This document shows positions 18,052-26,952 of a DNA stretch of 64,000 nt, one piece after another. A program made the position numbers and the translations under genes. The notes beneath the pieces were generated by a model that was not told where the DNA came from, did not search any database, and saw only the letters and a list, made by a program, of their open reading frames with translations. The DNA is from a virus (taxonomy: Duplodnaviria; Caudoviricetes), in the IMG/VR virus record IMGVR_UViG_3300011113_000415, one strand, 5' to 3'. The stretch's first letter is position 1. Each line of letters opens with the position of its first letter.

Positions 18052-18383
18052 TGGATTTATACACAATTTGGGCGGACAAACAAGGTGACATCTCTGACTT
18101 TGAATGGGTCAACGGCATGAAGAGTTTCTTTGACCACCTAATCTTAGAAGGTCGAATGGAGTCATATAGAATCACTAGATGCAAGATGGGATTCCGTTCA
18201 ATAGCCGACATGCCTGAGTGGATGATTATTATGGAGTTTAAAGACATGGGCCAAATGGATTCGGCATTCCGTAGAGTGGCCCCGCTGGAAGGCGAATTGG
18301 AAGAGAAACACCGTAGTTTCAACCAGTTTGTGTCGGGCAACATACAACACGCTCTATTCAGAGATTGGCCCGATCAGTTCTAA
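18051..18383 (+). CDS. Dimeric alpha/beta-barrel-like protein (DUF6614-like)
   Basis: MDLYTIW...YRITRCKMG...IMEF...QMDSAF...HALFRDWPD. Confidence 0.45.
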   Translation: MDLYTIWADKQGDISDFEWVNGMKSFFDHLILEGRMESYRITRCKMGFRSIADMPEWMIIMEFKDMGQMDSAFRRVAPLEGELEEKHRSFNQFVSGNIQHALFRDWPDQF

Positions 18384-18397
18384 TACCATAGTATTAC
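18380..18397. promoter_or_regulatory. Palindromic element (copy 5, perfect core)
   Basis: TAATAC-CATA-GTATTA directly abutting the -35 box; TAA is the upstream stop. Confidence 0.6.
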
Positions 18398-18426
18398 TTG
18401 ACTACAAAAGCCCAATGTGCTATAAT
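18398..18426 (+). promoter_or_regulatory. sigma70-type early promoter
   Basis: TTGACT-N17-TATAAT with TG extension; ATG 5 nt downstream. Confidence 0.85.
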
Positions 18427-18431
18427 AAGGC

Positions 18432-18659
18432 ATGTTTAAGACAACCAAACACACATACAAAACTTTGCGTCCGCGAGACCCAGGTTTTGCTTTTACCCTA
18501 AATGGCGTCTCTGTAGTGCCACGTGCTGGCTTTGAAATCTCTTCGGCATGTCCTCAAAATTATCGTGAGATAATCGCCGAGTGCATCAATCACGGCTGGC
18601 TCAAGCCAGTTGCCCACATGCGAGACACTGAATATACCATGGAATTACTGTGCCGATGA
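18432..18659 (+). CDS. Hypothetical protein
   Basis: 75 aa, apparently leaderless. Confidence 0.7.
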   Translation: MFKTTKHTYKTLRPRDPGFAFTLNGVSVVPRAGFEISSACPQNYREIIAECINHGWLKPVAHMRDTEYTMELLCR

Positions 18660-18877
18660 AACTGTGCCCTGACTGTGACGAGCGAGCCCTGTGCTGTGAT
18701 CACTGTGCATACTTCAACTTCAATGGAGATAGTGACGGTGCCTACACTGGCAACGGCTGGTGTCGCTTGCACAAACGAGCAGAAGACCCGGCCAGTCTAT
18801 GTGACGAGTATTTTTGTTTCCAACTGTTAGCAAAGGACGCACCCAATGAGCATGCATCTACACCATCCCAGTCTTAG
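18656..18877 (+). CDS. Cys-rich small metal-binding protein
   Basis: CPDC, CCDHC, WC, CDEYFC. Confidence 0.55.
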   Translation: MKLCPDCDERALCCDHCAYFNFNGDSDGAYTGNGWCRLHKRAEDPASLCDEYFCFQLLAKDAPNEHASTPSQS

Positions 18878-19235
18878 TCTCAACGGTCGTAAAAAAGGCA
18901 AGGTCAAGTTTCGTAATGCAGACGAGGCTCGCAAGGCACGTGAACTAGATACCTCGTGGAAAGAATTAAAAAAGAAGTGGGACGTGGACGCTGAAGAAAA
19001 GCGCCGCAGTCGTGCTATGAAGGCAGAGCCGCTGAGTTACAAATTGACCACTCCTGTTGGTCGTAGCACCGCGCACATTCCCAGCCTGTCAACTCCAGGC
19101 GGATCCACTGCACCTGTCTACAAAGTGTATACAGGTACCAAGGTCAAAGGTATTGCTACCATGCACAAGTCAAATGCTGTGCCTGTGTTCTCAGACGAAG
19201 AAGCAGTAGAAATTTCCAGAATGCGTCGTGGATAA
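18846..19235 (+). CDS. Basic phage hypothetical protein
   Basis: YTGTKVKGIATMHKSNAVPVF...ISRMRR. Confidence 0.75.
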   Translation: MSMHLHHPSLSLNGRKKGKVKFRNADEARKARELDTSWKELKKKWDVDAEEKRRSRAMKAEPLSYKLTTPVGRSTAHIPSLSTPGGSTAPVYKVYTGTKVKGIATMHKSNAVPVFSDEEAVEISRMRRG

Positions 19236-19237
19236 TT

Positions 19238-19462
19238 ATGATCTCTGCCAGCGTTCAACTAAATCATCCAAAACAACGCAACAAGTGGATTGACGAAAGT
19301 CCAATAAATCGGTGGTTGGTAGACAATGTTGGCGTTCATGCTGAATTTAGAGACCTAGTAGATGAATCGCGTCCTTGGCATGTGGATCATGAACAAGATT
19401 ATCTTAAGTATCATTTTGCTAGAGAGCAAGATGCCATGATGTTTGCACTTAAATGGAAATGA
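19238..19462 (+). CDS. Small paralogue-family protein
   Basis: Ends YHFAREQDAMMFALKWK. Confidence 0.7.
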   Translation: MISASVQLNHPKQRNKWIDESPINRWLVDNVGVHAEFRDLVDESRPWHVDHEQDYLKYHFAREQDAMMFALKWK

Positions 19463-19719
19463 AAAACTTGTACTCCGCACCCGAAGCCAGACTGGACACT
19501 ATACTAGGCGAGGTCTCTTTTTGGGCACAGATGCAACGATGCAGAACATCCGAAGAGGGTGAGAAGAATTGTACCACAGGCGCAGACACAATCACATGGT
19601 TTAGGGACACTTGGGGAATACAACTGCTACCCTCGGATGATACCATATTTGGATTCCAGCGTGGAGTCAACATTGTGGATGAGCAGAAGTACATGATATT
19701 TTTATTAAAGTGGGCATGA
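19459..19719 (+). CDS. Small paralogue-family protein
   Basis: ATGA overlap; ends IVDEQKYMIFLLKWA. Confidence 0.65.
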   Translation: MKNLYSAPEARLDTILGEVSFWAQMQRCRTSEEGEKNCTTGADTITWFRDTWGIQLLPSDDTIFGFQRGVNIVDEQKYMIFLLKWA

Positions 19720-19937
19720 CAGATTTTGAACAACGATTTCCCTTTAAGGGTAAAACCTTATGTCTGCATGAAGATGTAGTTTCATGGTTAGAAACCCACG
19801 TAGGCAAGTTTGATCATGATTGGTATCGATATGGAACAGACATAGCAATGGGTATTGTTGCCGGTGCACCTCTGTGTGATTACTATAGATTTCGCACTGA
19901 GGAGTCGGCTGTATTGTTTGCCTTGAAGTGGTCATGA
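19716..19937 (+). CDS. Small paralogue-family protein
   Basis: ATGA overlap; ends YRFRTEESAVLFALKWS. Confidence 0.7.
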   Translation: MTDFEQRFPFKGKTLCLHEDVVSWLETHVGKFDHDWYRYGTDIAMGIVAGAPLCDYYRFRTEESAVLFALKWS

Positions 19938-21079
19938 ACAATTGGTATTGTCCTTTACCATTTAAACATGCCTTTGTTGACAGCACCGGGGTGGCTGTGT
20001 GTTGCAAAGCGCCAAGGCAATCAATTGATTTAGATCAATGGGCTAATAGCGAACATGTCAAAAACATACAACGACAAATGCTTAGTGGACAGATACCACC
20101 GATATGCCAAAGTTGCGTAAACGAAGAAAAAATAACCGGACGAAGTTTGAGAACTGACAGTCAGCAAGATTACAACTATGAAAGATTTGTTGAAACTGCC
20201 ATTGATTTTGTTGACTATCGAGCCAACAACATCTGCAATTTCAAATGCCGAAGTTGCTTTCCTAAATTCAGTCATGGCATTGACAACGAAACAAAAAATA
20301 GTACTGTGCTTCAAAAATTTTATCAACCCACCAGCACAAAGATTGTCACAGTCAATGATGCTAATACTGAATGGATTGCCGACAACTTGCATCAAATCAA
20401 ACGCCTGATGCTGACCGGTGGTGAACCCACACGCATGCCCAAGATCAAAAGTATTGTGGAACAGATTGTGTACGACAAATTGGATACTCAAATCTTAATC
20501 ACTACCAATGGCAGTTTTGAAGATGACTTTTGGTATGAACTCACTAGACTGCATGACAATCTGCACTGGACTGTGAGTTTGGATGCAGTGGGATCTGCAG
20601 CCGAAATCATTCGGCATGGAACTGATTGGAAGATTGTAGAAGCCAATGCTAAATGGTTGGCTTCGCATTCGTCCAGCATGAATGTCAATACAACTGTGAC
20701 TCATTTGAATATCTTACAACTTGGATCATTGTTAAAATTTGTAAAAGAACTTCAAAAGGAAAGCATATATCCAAGAGGCCGACATGGTGCTAATGGTATA
20801 AGGCATCAGTTTGCTATAACACCGAATCCACCCCAGTTATCGATAGATTGCTTGCCAGCAGATCTTAAAGCCAAAGCAATCATTCATTTAGAAAATTGCC
20901 TTGCACTGGATCTTGACGCCGAGCAAAAACAAACCATTAAAGGATTATTGACACATTTGAAACAAGTGAACTTTAATTCATTGTATTGGCAACGCAGTTC
21001 GGAATTCAATCAAGAGTTAGATCGTATTCGAGGAGAAAACTACATGGAATTGTATGAAGAAAAAACGTTTATTAACTGA
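19934..21079 (+). CDS. Radical SAM protein with N-terminal twitch/SPASM-like Cys cluster
   Basis: CNFKCRSC (CxxxCxxC), TGGEP, TTNG, SLD; N-terminal CPLPF, CC, CQSC. Confidence 0.9.
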   Translation: MNNWYCPLPFKHAFVDSTGVAVCCKAPRQSIDLDQWANSEHVKNIQRQMLSGQIPPICQSCVNEEKITGRSLRTDSQQDYNYERFVETAIDFVDYRANNICNFKCRSCFPKFSHGIDNETKNSTVLQKFYQPTSTKIVTVNDANTEWIADNLHQIKRLMLTGGEPTRMPKIKSIVEQIVYDKLDTQILITTNGSFEDDFWYELTRLHDNLHWTVSLDAVGSAAEIIRHGTDWKIVEANAKWLASHSSSMNVNTTVTHLNILQLGSLLKFVKELQKESIYPRGRHGANGIRHQFAITPNPPQLSIDCLPADLKAKAIIHLENCLALDLDAEQKQTIKGLLTHLKQVNFNSLYWQRSSEFNQELDRIRGENYMELYEEKTFIN

Positions 21080-21515
21080 TAGAGGAGCAGGAATGCAATT
21101 AAGTAACGATCCATTTGAACCATTCAATCCCGACCTGTGGGAAAAACAAGAAGTTGTGCGACTGTTGAAAGGCGCACCAGGTACCCAGTATCAAGAAGCC
21201 AATGACACAGAAAAAACTGTGATTCGAGATTGGGTGCGTAGTCTTTTGCAGAATGGCCGAATCACAGTGACCTTTGTCAAATCAGACGGTTCAGTGAGAG
21301 ACATGCTGTGTACTCTGGATCACAATTTGATCCCGCCAAGACCGGTTGTACCGCAAAGAGCCGACAGCGTGGATGGCATTGTACGTGAAAGTCGAAAACC
21401 GCGTAAAGAACCAGATCCGCATAGCCTGCGAGTGTTTGATTTGGAAAAGCAAGAGTGGCGCAGTTTCCGTTTTGATCGCCTGCAAAAGGTTACTGCTACC
21501 TTGGATTTCCAATAA
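21054..21515 (+). CDS. WYL_2-like Sm/SH3 barrel protein
   Basis: [17 protein letters not shown]...[13 protein letters not shown]. Confidence 0.75.
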   Translation: MKKKRLLTDRGAGMQLSNDPFEPFNPDLWEKQEVVRLLKGAPGTQYQEANDTEKTVIRDWVRSLLQNGRITVTFVKSDGSVRDMLCTLDHNLIPPRPVVPQRADSVDGIVRESRKPRKEPDPHSLRVFDLEKQEWRSFRFDRLQKVTATLDFQ

Positions 21516-21525
21516 GTACTTGCTT

Positions 21526-21744
21526 ATGGCCAAAGAGGATATTATCAACATGGAAGGACGAGTAGAAGAAGTGCTACCCGCCGCCATGTTTCGTGTAAAA
21601 TTAGATAATCTTGAAAAACTAGTTCTAGCGCATCTTTCGGGCCGTATGAGAAAAAACAATATCAAAGTTCTTTTGGGTGACAGAGTTGAAATGGAATTTT
21701 CACCCTATGACTTGACCAAAGGGCGTATAGTTCGTAGAAAATAA
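21526..21744 (+). CDS. infA: Translation initiation factor IF-1
   Basis: [23 protein letters not shown]...HLSGRMR...[17 protein letters not shown]; TAAGTA box upstream. Confidence 0.95.
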   Translation: MAKEDIINMEGRVEEVLPAAMFRVKLDNLEKLVLAHLSGRMRKNNIKVLLGDRVEMEFSPYDLTKGRIVRRK

Positions 21745-21747
21745 ATA
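21742..21747 (+). promoter_or_regulatory. Late-type TAAATA box
   Basis: 4 nt before SOD ATG; same box precedes many late genes (T4 late consensus TATAAATA). Confidence 0.6.
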
Positions 21748-21751
21748 CAAC

Positions 21752-22294
21752 ATGCGTGAACATATCAACCTCGTGGAAGCAACAACTCGTCCGGCCAAAC
21801 TGGAAACAACTCCTTTGCCCTATGGACAGGATGATCTAAACCCTGTGCTGAGTAGGGAAAGCATAAACTATCACTATGAGCACCTGGCCAAAGGCTATGC
21901 CAAAAGATATAATGAAGGCGAAGGCGATGCAGATTTCAATCGCGCCGGCAGTTTCTTACACAATAAGTTTTTCCCACAACTACAACCCCCAAAGGGAACC
22001 AATCGCCCACGTGGCGCAGTACTGGAACTGATTGAGCGCAAATTCAAAAGTTACGAAAACTTCCAGGACGAAGTCAAAAAAACAGCCATGAAGATCCAAG
22101 GCTCAGGCTGGGTATATTTGAGTACTGGCGGCGAAATCAAAACCATCCGGAACCATGCAGTACGTACAGATATATGCGTACTTATTGACTGGTGGGAACA
22201 TGTTTGGGCAACAGATTACCAGTGGGACAAAGAAAAGTATCTGGACAACATCTGGCGCATCATCAACTGGGACGTTTGTTCTGATAGATTATAA
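21752..22294 (+). CDS. sod: Fe/Mn superoxide dismutase (Mn-type QGSGW) with extra N-terminal MREHINLVEA
   Basis: LPY..DDL.P, ligand residues in YHY, FLH and DWWEH retained. Confidence 0.85.
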   Translation: MREHINLVEATTRPAKLETTPLPYGQDDLNPVLSRESINYHYEHLAKGYAKRYNEGEGDADFNRAGSFLHNKFFPQLQPPKGTNRPRGAVLELIERKFKSYENFQDEVKKTAMKIQGSGWVYLSTGGEIKTIRNHAVRTDICVLIDWWEHVWATDYQWDKEKYLDNIWRIINWDVCSDRL

Positions 22295-22306
22295 ACTGGG
22301 TATATT

Positions 22307-22627
22307 ATGAAACTGGAATCTGGAGCAGTAGAAAAACTACGCGAATTAATTGCCGAAGAAGGCAATCCTGATCTCATGCTGAGAGTGTTTGTGCAAGGTG
22401 GCGGATGCTCGGGCATGCAGTATGGATTTACTTTTGATGAAGTCAAGAACGAAGATGACTTTGATTTTGCCTACGATGAAGTAAAAGTCCTAGTTGATTC
22501 CATGAGCATGCAGTATCTGCAAGGCGCTAGTATTAACTATAAAGATGATATCATGGGATCAAGTTTTGTAATTAACAATCCCAATGCGCAAACCTCGTGC
22601 GGTTGCGGATCCAGTTTCTCCATTTAA
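22307..22627 (+). CDS. erpA: A-type Fe-S carrier ErpA/IscA
   Basis: GGGCSGMQY...[14 protein letters not shown]. Confidence 0.93.
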   Translation: MKLESGAVEKLRELIAEEGNPDLMLRVFVQGGGCSGMQYGFTFDEVKNEDDFDFAYDEVKVLVDSMSMQYLQGASINYKDDIMGSSFVINNPNAQTSCGCGSSFSI

Positions 22628-22656
22628 CACCCAAACACATAGACCTGCTCTGCCGC

Positions 22657-22662
22657 TAAATA
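22657..22662 (+). promoter_or_regulatory. Late-type TAAATA box in the loop of a CTCTGC/GCAGAG hairpin overlapping the SD
   Basis: Arms at 22648-22653 and 22665-22670. Confidence 0.55.
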
Positions 22663-22681
22663 CAGCAGAGGACACAGATCT

Positions 22682-24370
22682 ATGGCTCAAGAAATAATCA
22701 ACGTAGGACCCGCCCCTAATGACGGCTTGGGCGACCCGTTACGCACAGCGTTTATCAAAACCAACAACAATTTCAATCAACTTTTTGCCACAGCAGGTAT
22801 CACAGGCATTGCCAATGGCACCAGTAATATACAAATTCCTGTGGCAAACGGCAACGTAAACATTTCTTCAGCAGGTGCCTCAAATGTACTGATAGTATCG
22901 GGTACAGGTATTTACAGTACTGGCACGCTTAATGCCACGGGTTTGGCCACACTCAGCAACCTCAGCGTAACAGGCACTGTGATTAGCACAGGAACCATTC
23001 AAGGTCTAGGAGATGTTACTGCGGTAAATGTTACAGGTACTGGAAATTTGACTGGTGCATATATCATAGGTGACGGTGGTTATTTGAGCAACATAACTGC
23101 TGTCAGCAATCTGGCGGTAACACTTATTGCAAATGGCACAACCAGTATCAGTATAGATGGATCCGGTGGCAATGGTATTGTTAGTGTAGGCGGTGTGGCC
23201 AACATAGCAGTGTTTAGAACCACAGGTGAATATATCACAGGTGTGTTGAGTGCTAGTGGCAATGTCACAGGTGGTAATTTACGCACAGGTGGATTGATCA
23301 GCGCAACTGGTTCAATAGGTACTGATGCCACACTCAGCGCCACCGGCAACATTACCGGCGGCAATGTAGTTGTAAATGGATTGATAACAGCCACAGGCAA
23401 CGTATCAGGCGGCAACATACTTACTGCTGGATTAATTTCTGCCGCTGGCAATGTATCGGGCAATTATTTCATAGGCAACGGTAGTCAACTCACAGGTATC
23501 GCCAGTCCTTATGGTAACTCAAATGTGGCTGCCTTTTTGGCAGCATTTGGTTCCAATACTGTTAGTACCACTGGCACTGTTACAACAGGCAACATCACTA
23601 GTGGTAATATACTGACTGGTGGCTTGATTTCGGCCACCGGCAATATTACAGGTGGTAATATAACTTTAGACACATCGGTGGGTAACATGTATGGACATGA
23701 CGTGTCAGCCACAGGTGGAATTTACACAGGCGGAGTTGTAAGTGCCACAGGCAATGTGCGAGGTGGTAATGTAAACACTGGAGGTCTGGTAACTGCCACT
23801 GGTAACATTACAGGTGGGAACATTGTCACAGCAGGTGTGGTCAGTGCCACAGGCAATTTGTTTGGTAATGTATTGAGTGTAAATTCTGGCAACACTGCCA
23901 CAGCCATTGTCAATGCTGGCGGTAATGCTGTGGGCAATATTGGATCTTCCAGCAACTATTTCAACCAAGTTTTTGCTCAGGCCACCACAGCACTCTACGC
24001 TGACTTGGCCGAAATGTATTCAGCAGATGCTGACTACGCTCCAGGCACTGTTGTGAGTTTTGGCGGCGAAAAAGAAATCACAAGATCCTCACTAGAGGGT
24101 GATCCAAGAGTGGCTGGTGTCATATCAGAAAAGCCCAGTTACTTGATGAATTCAGGACTTGAAGCAGAACATCCAGCCGCAGTGGCCTTGACTGGTCGCG
24201 TGCCTACACTGGTAATAGGCCCTGTGGCCAAAGGTGACATGATGATCAGTGCCGGTAACGGTTGGGCACGAGCCAGCGCAACACCTGCAATAGGCACTGT
24301 AATTGGCAAGGCACTAAAAAACTTTGATGGTGATTCAGGCATAATTGAAATTGTTGTAGGAAGACAGTAA
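22682..24370 (+). CDS. Tail fibre/virion protein with Gly-rich GNITGGN repeats and C-terminal chaperone-like domain
   Basis: N-term INVG..PNDG.GD.LR.AF.K.N.NF; many SATGNITGGN repeats; C-term ADLAEMY...VAL.GRVP...IGKAL. Confidence 0.8.
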   Translation: MAQEIINVGPAPNDGLGDPLRTAFIKTNNNFNQLFATAGITGIANGTSNIQIPVANGNVNISSAGASNVLIVSGTGIYSTGTLNATGLATLSNLSVTGTVISTGTIQGLGDVTAVNVTGTGNLTGAYIIGDGGYLSNITAVSNLAVTLIANGTTSISIDGSGGNGIVSVGGVANIAVFRTTGEYITGVLSASGNVTGGNLRTGGLISATGSIGTDATLSATGNITGGNVVVNGLITATGNVSGGNILTAGLISAAGNVSGNYFIGNGSQLTGIASPYGNSNVAAFLAAFGSNTVSTTGTVTTGNITSGNILTGGLISATGNITGGNITLDTSVGNMYGHDVSATGGIYTGGVVSATGNVRGGNVNTGGLVTATGNITGGNIVTAGVVSATGNLFGNVLSVNSGNTATAIVNAGGNAVGNIGSSSNYFNQVFAQATTALYADLAEMYSADADYAPGTVVSFGGEKEITRSSLEGDPRVAGVISEKPSYLMNSGLEAEHPAAVALTGRVPTLVIGPVAKGDMMISAGNGWARASATPAIGTVIGKALKNFDGDSGIIEIVVGRQ

Positions 24371-26940
24371 TGGCACAACCGCAGTGGCAAACTGACGCAG
24401 GTCATTTGGCAACCATACCCGAAGGTCAATACTACCAGGTTCAACTGGAGGCCTCTGACCCGGATCATCCACTGGATCCTACCGCAGTGACCTATCGAGT
24501 GATTGCCGGCGCACTGCCCTTGGGCATACAATGCACCACCACAGGTTCTTTACAGGGCGTGCCATATGTGATCAACAGTATCAACAATGTGGACAGCAAG
24601 TTTGTTGTGAGAGCCAGTACTGGAACTATACCACCCCGTTTTACCGACAGAACTTTTGATTTCACTGTAATCAGCCAAGTACCACCAACATTTGTGACCC
24701 CAGCCGGCAACGTTGGCACCTTCTATGATGGTGCTCCTATCGCTCCCATACAAATAGAAATCTCCGATCCCAATCCTGGAGACAATGTGATAATTTCTTT
24801 GGCAGCAGGCAGTTTGCCCCCTGGCCTAAGCCTAAGTACAACTGGCTTGATTTCGGGATACATCATACCCTTGGTGCCCGTAAATCAAACTCCGGGTTAT
24901 GATACAACACCTTTTGATCAATACGCCTTTGATTTTTATCCCAACAGTCTCAGTACCAATTATCAGTTTACTCTAGAAGTCAATGACGGCAGAGAAACCA
25001 GTTTGAGGACGTTTGAAATCTATGTATACAGTCGCAGTAGTCTCACAGCAGACACCATTGAATTTACTGCCGACAATACATTTATCACTGCTGACGAAAC
25101 TCCTTTCTATACACCGTTCTTGGTCAATGCCGAACCCAGCAACCTAGGCCGTGTGCGCAGTGACAATTTTTGGGCCTATCAATTTGTTGGATTGGATTTC
25201 GATGACGATGTAATGGAATATATTGAATATCCTATAGATGGTAGTACCAGTACACTTCCACCTGGAACCACGCTGGATCTTCAAACTGGGTGGTTGTATG
25301 GTTATTTGCCATATCAAGGAGCCACTGAAATAACCTACAACTTTGATATAGTTGTACGAAAGGCCTATAACACACAATACAGCAGTGATCCTTATCCTTT
25401 TTCTTTGACTGTGGTAGGTCAAGTCAACACTGATGTCACTTGGTTGACTGACAGCGACCTTGGTGTGATAGAGAACGGTAGTACCAGTACACTTTATGTG
25501 GCTGCTGTAAACACACTGGGCGACCGGGTATTACAATATAGACTGCTACCAGGATCTTACCCCACACCCAACATTGGTGTATACAATAAATTACCGCAAG
25601 GTCTTGAATTGTTGTCATCTGGTGACATTGCAGGGCGTGTGAGTTTCAATACCTTTGCACTAGATCTTGGAACAACCACATTTGATTCTGGCTCCACAAC
25701 ATTTGATAGCAAGTATATATTCACAGTTAATGCTTACAGTCAGGATGGTCTAGTGAGCGTGTTCAAAACATTCTCGGTCACTGTGGCACGTGTGTACAAT
25801 GAACCTTATGAAAATCTCTACATCAAGTGCATGCCACCGCAAGCCGACCGAGACTTGATCAATCAACTTATACAAAATCAAGACATTATTCCTGTGGATT
25901 TGGTTTATCGGGCCGACGATCCTAACTTTGGTGTTGCTCGAAATGTGATCTATCAACATGCTTATGGACTCACGGCTGCCACCTACGCAGAATATGTCGG
26001 CAGTCTTTACATCAATCACTATTGGAAAAATCTTGTGCTGGGGTCCATCAAAACAGCCCAGGCCTTGGATAATGCAGGCAACGTGATCTACGAAGTGGTC
26101 TACAGTCAAGTGGTTGACAATCTAGTGAATGATTTGGGCCAAAGTGTGAGCAAGAGCGTTACCTTGCCTTATCCCATCAATCAATTTGATTCAACAGAGA
26201 TTGACACAGTGTATCCAAACAGTCTAATCAACATGAGGAATCAAGTGATTGATACAGTAGGACAAGTTGCTAATGTATTGCCACGCTGGATGCTCAGCAA
26301 ACAGGCCAATGGTCATGTGTTAGGTTTTATACCTGCTTGGGTAATCTGTTATTGCAAACCAGGAACATCAGGACGCATAGCCTATAATATTGCTCAACAG
26401 TATGGAGATCAACTTAACCGGGTAGACTTCGAAGTTGATCGTTATGAACTGGACCGACTTCTCAGTCATAATTGGGATCCTGTGGCTGACAGCACTCACG
26501 GTGCCTGGGTACCTACCCCAGCCGAAACCACATTTGATTTGAATCTACATTATGAAGTCACTGCCATTGGTGGTGGCGGAGGGTCAGGCTACGCAATTGG
26601 CAACAAGATTTCAATCCAGGGCAGTCAGTTAGGCGGTCTAGATGGTGTCAATAACGTTGTGATTACTGTTCAGGATACAGGTGTTGGGGGAAGTATAACT
26701 TTGATAAACCTACAGGGAACAGCCCCGCTATTTTCCAGTGGTAGTACCTACAACGGCATTGCCGGTACCAATATCACAGGATCGGGCACAGGTGCTACAT
26801 TTGACTTTGTGGTGGCCAGTGGCGAAATCACAACGTTTGATGCCACCAGCATGAGATTTGAGGCACCAGTAGATATGTACTCCAGTACAGACGTTTACGA
26901 TAAATATCTTGTGTTTCCCAGACGGAATATATTAGTGTAA
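24370..26940 (+). CDS. Large virion structural protein with Ig/cadherin-like repeats
   Basis: Repeated GALPLG/GSLPPGL/LPQGL...SG..SG units; late operon. Confidence 0.75.
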   Translation: MAQPQWQTDAGHLATIPEGQYYQVQLEASDPDHPLDPTAVTYRVIAGALPLGIQCTTTGSLQGVPYVINSINNVDSKFVVRASTGTIPPRFTDRTFDFTVISQVPPTFVTPAGNVGTFYDGAPIAPIQIEISDPNPGDNVIISLAAGSLPPGLSLSTTGLISGYIIPLVPVNQTPGYDTTPFDQYAFDFYPNSLSTNYQFTLEVNDGRETSLRTFEIYVYSRSSLTADTIEFTADNTFITADETPFYTPFLVNAEPSNLGRVRSDNFWAYQFVGLDFDDDVMEYIEYPIDGSTSTLPPGTTLDLQTGWLYGYLPYQGATEITYNFDIVVRKAYNTQYSSDPYPFSLTVVGQVNTDVTWLTDSDLGVIENGSTSTLYVAAVNTLGDRVLQYRLLPGSYPTPNIGVYNKLPQGLELLSSGDIAGRVSFNTFALDLGTTTFDSGSTTFDSKYIFTVNAYSQDGLVSVFKTFSVTVARVYNEPYENLYIKCMPPQADRDLINQLIQNQDIIPVDLVYRADDPNFGVARNVIYQHAYGLTAATYAEYVGSLYINHYWKNLVLGSIKTAQALDNAGNVIYEVVYSQVVDNLVNDLGQSVSKSVTLPYPINQFDSTEIDTVYPNSLINMRNQVIDTVGQVANVLPRWMLSKQANGHVLGFIPAWVICYCKPGTSGRIAYNIAQQYGDQLNRVDFEVDRYELDRLLSHNWDPVADSTHGAWVPTPAETTFDLNLHYEVTAIGGGGGSGYAIGNKISIQGSQLGGLDGVNNVVITVQDTGVGGSITLINLQGTAPLFSSGSTYNGIAGTNITGSGTGATFDFVVASGEITTFDATSMRFEAPVDMYSSTDVYDKYLVFPRRNILV

Positions 26941-26952
26941 CAAGGACAAAAA

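Noticed and set aside
227-19937. Diversity-generating retroelement behind the small-paralogue family
   Set aside because: No reverse transcriptase and no template/variable repeat pair differing at adenines; similarity is at protein level only.
22682-24370. GNITGGN repeats as a DNA tandem repeat or contingency locus
   Set aside because: Codons vary freely between units; the repeat is constrained at protein level.
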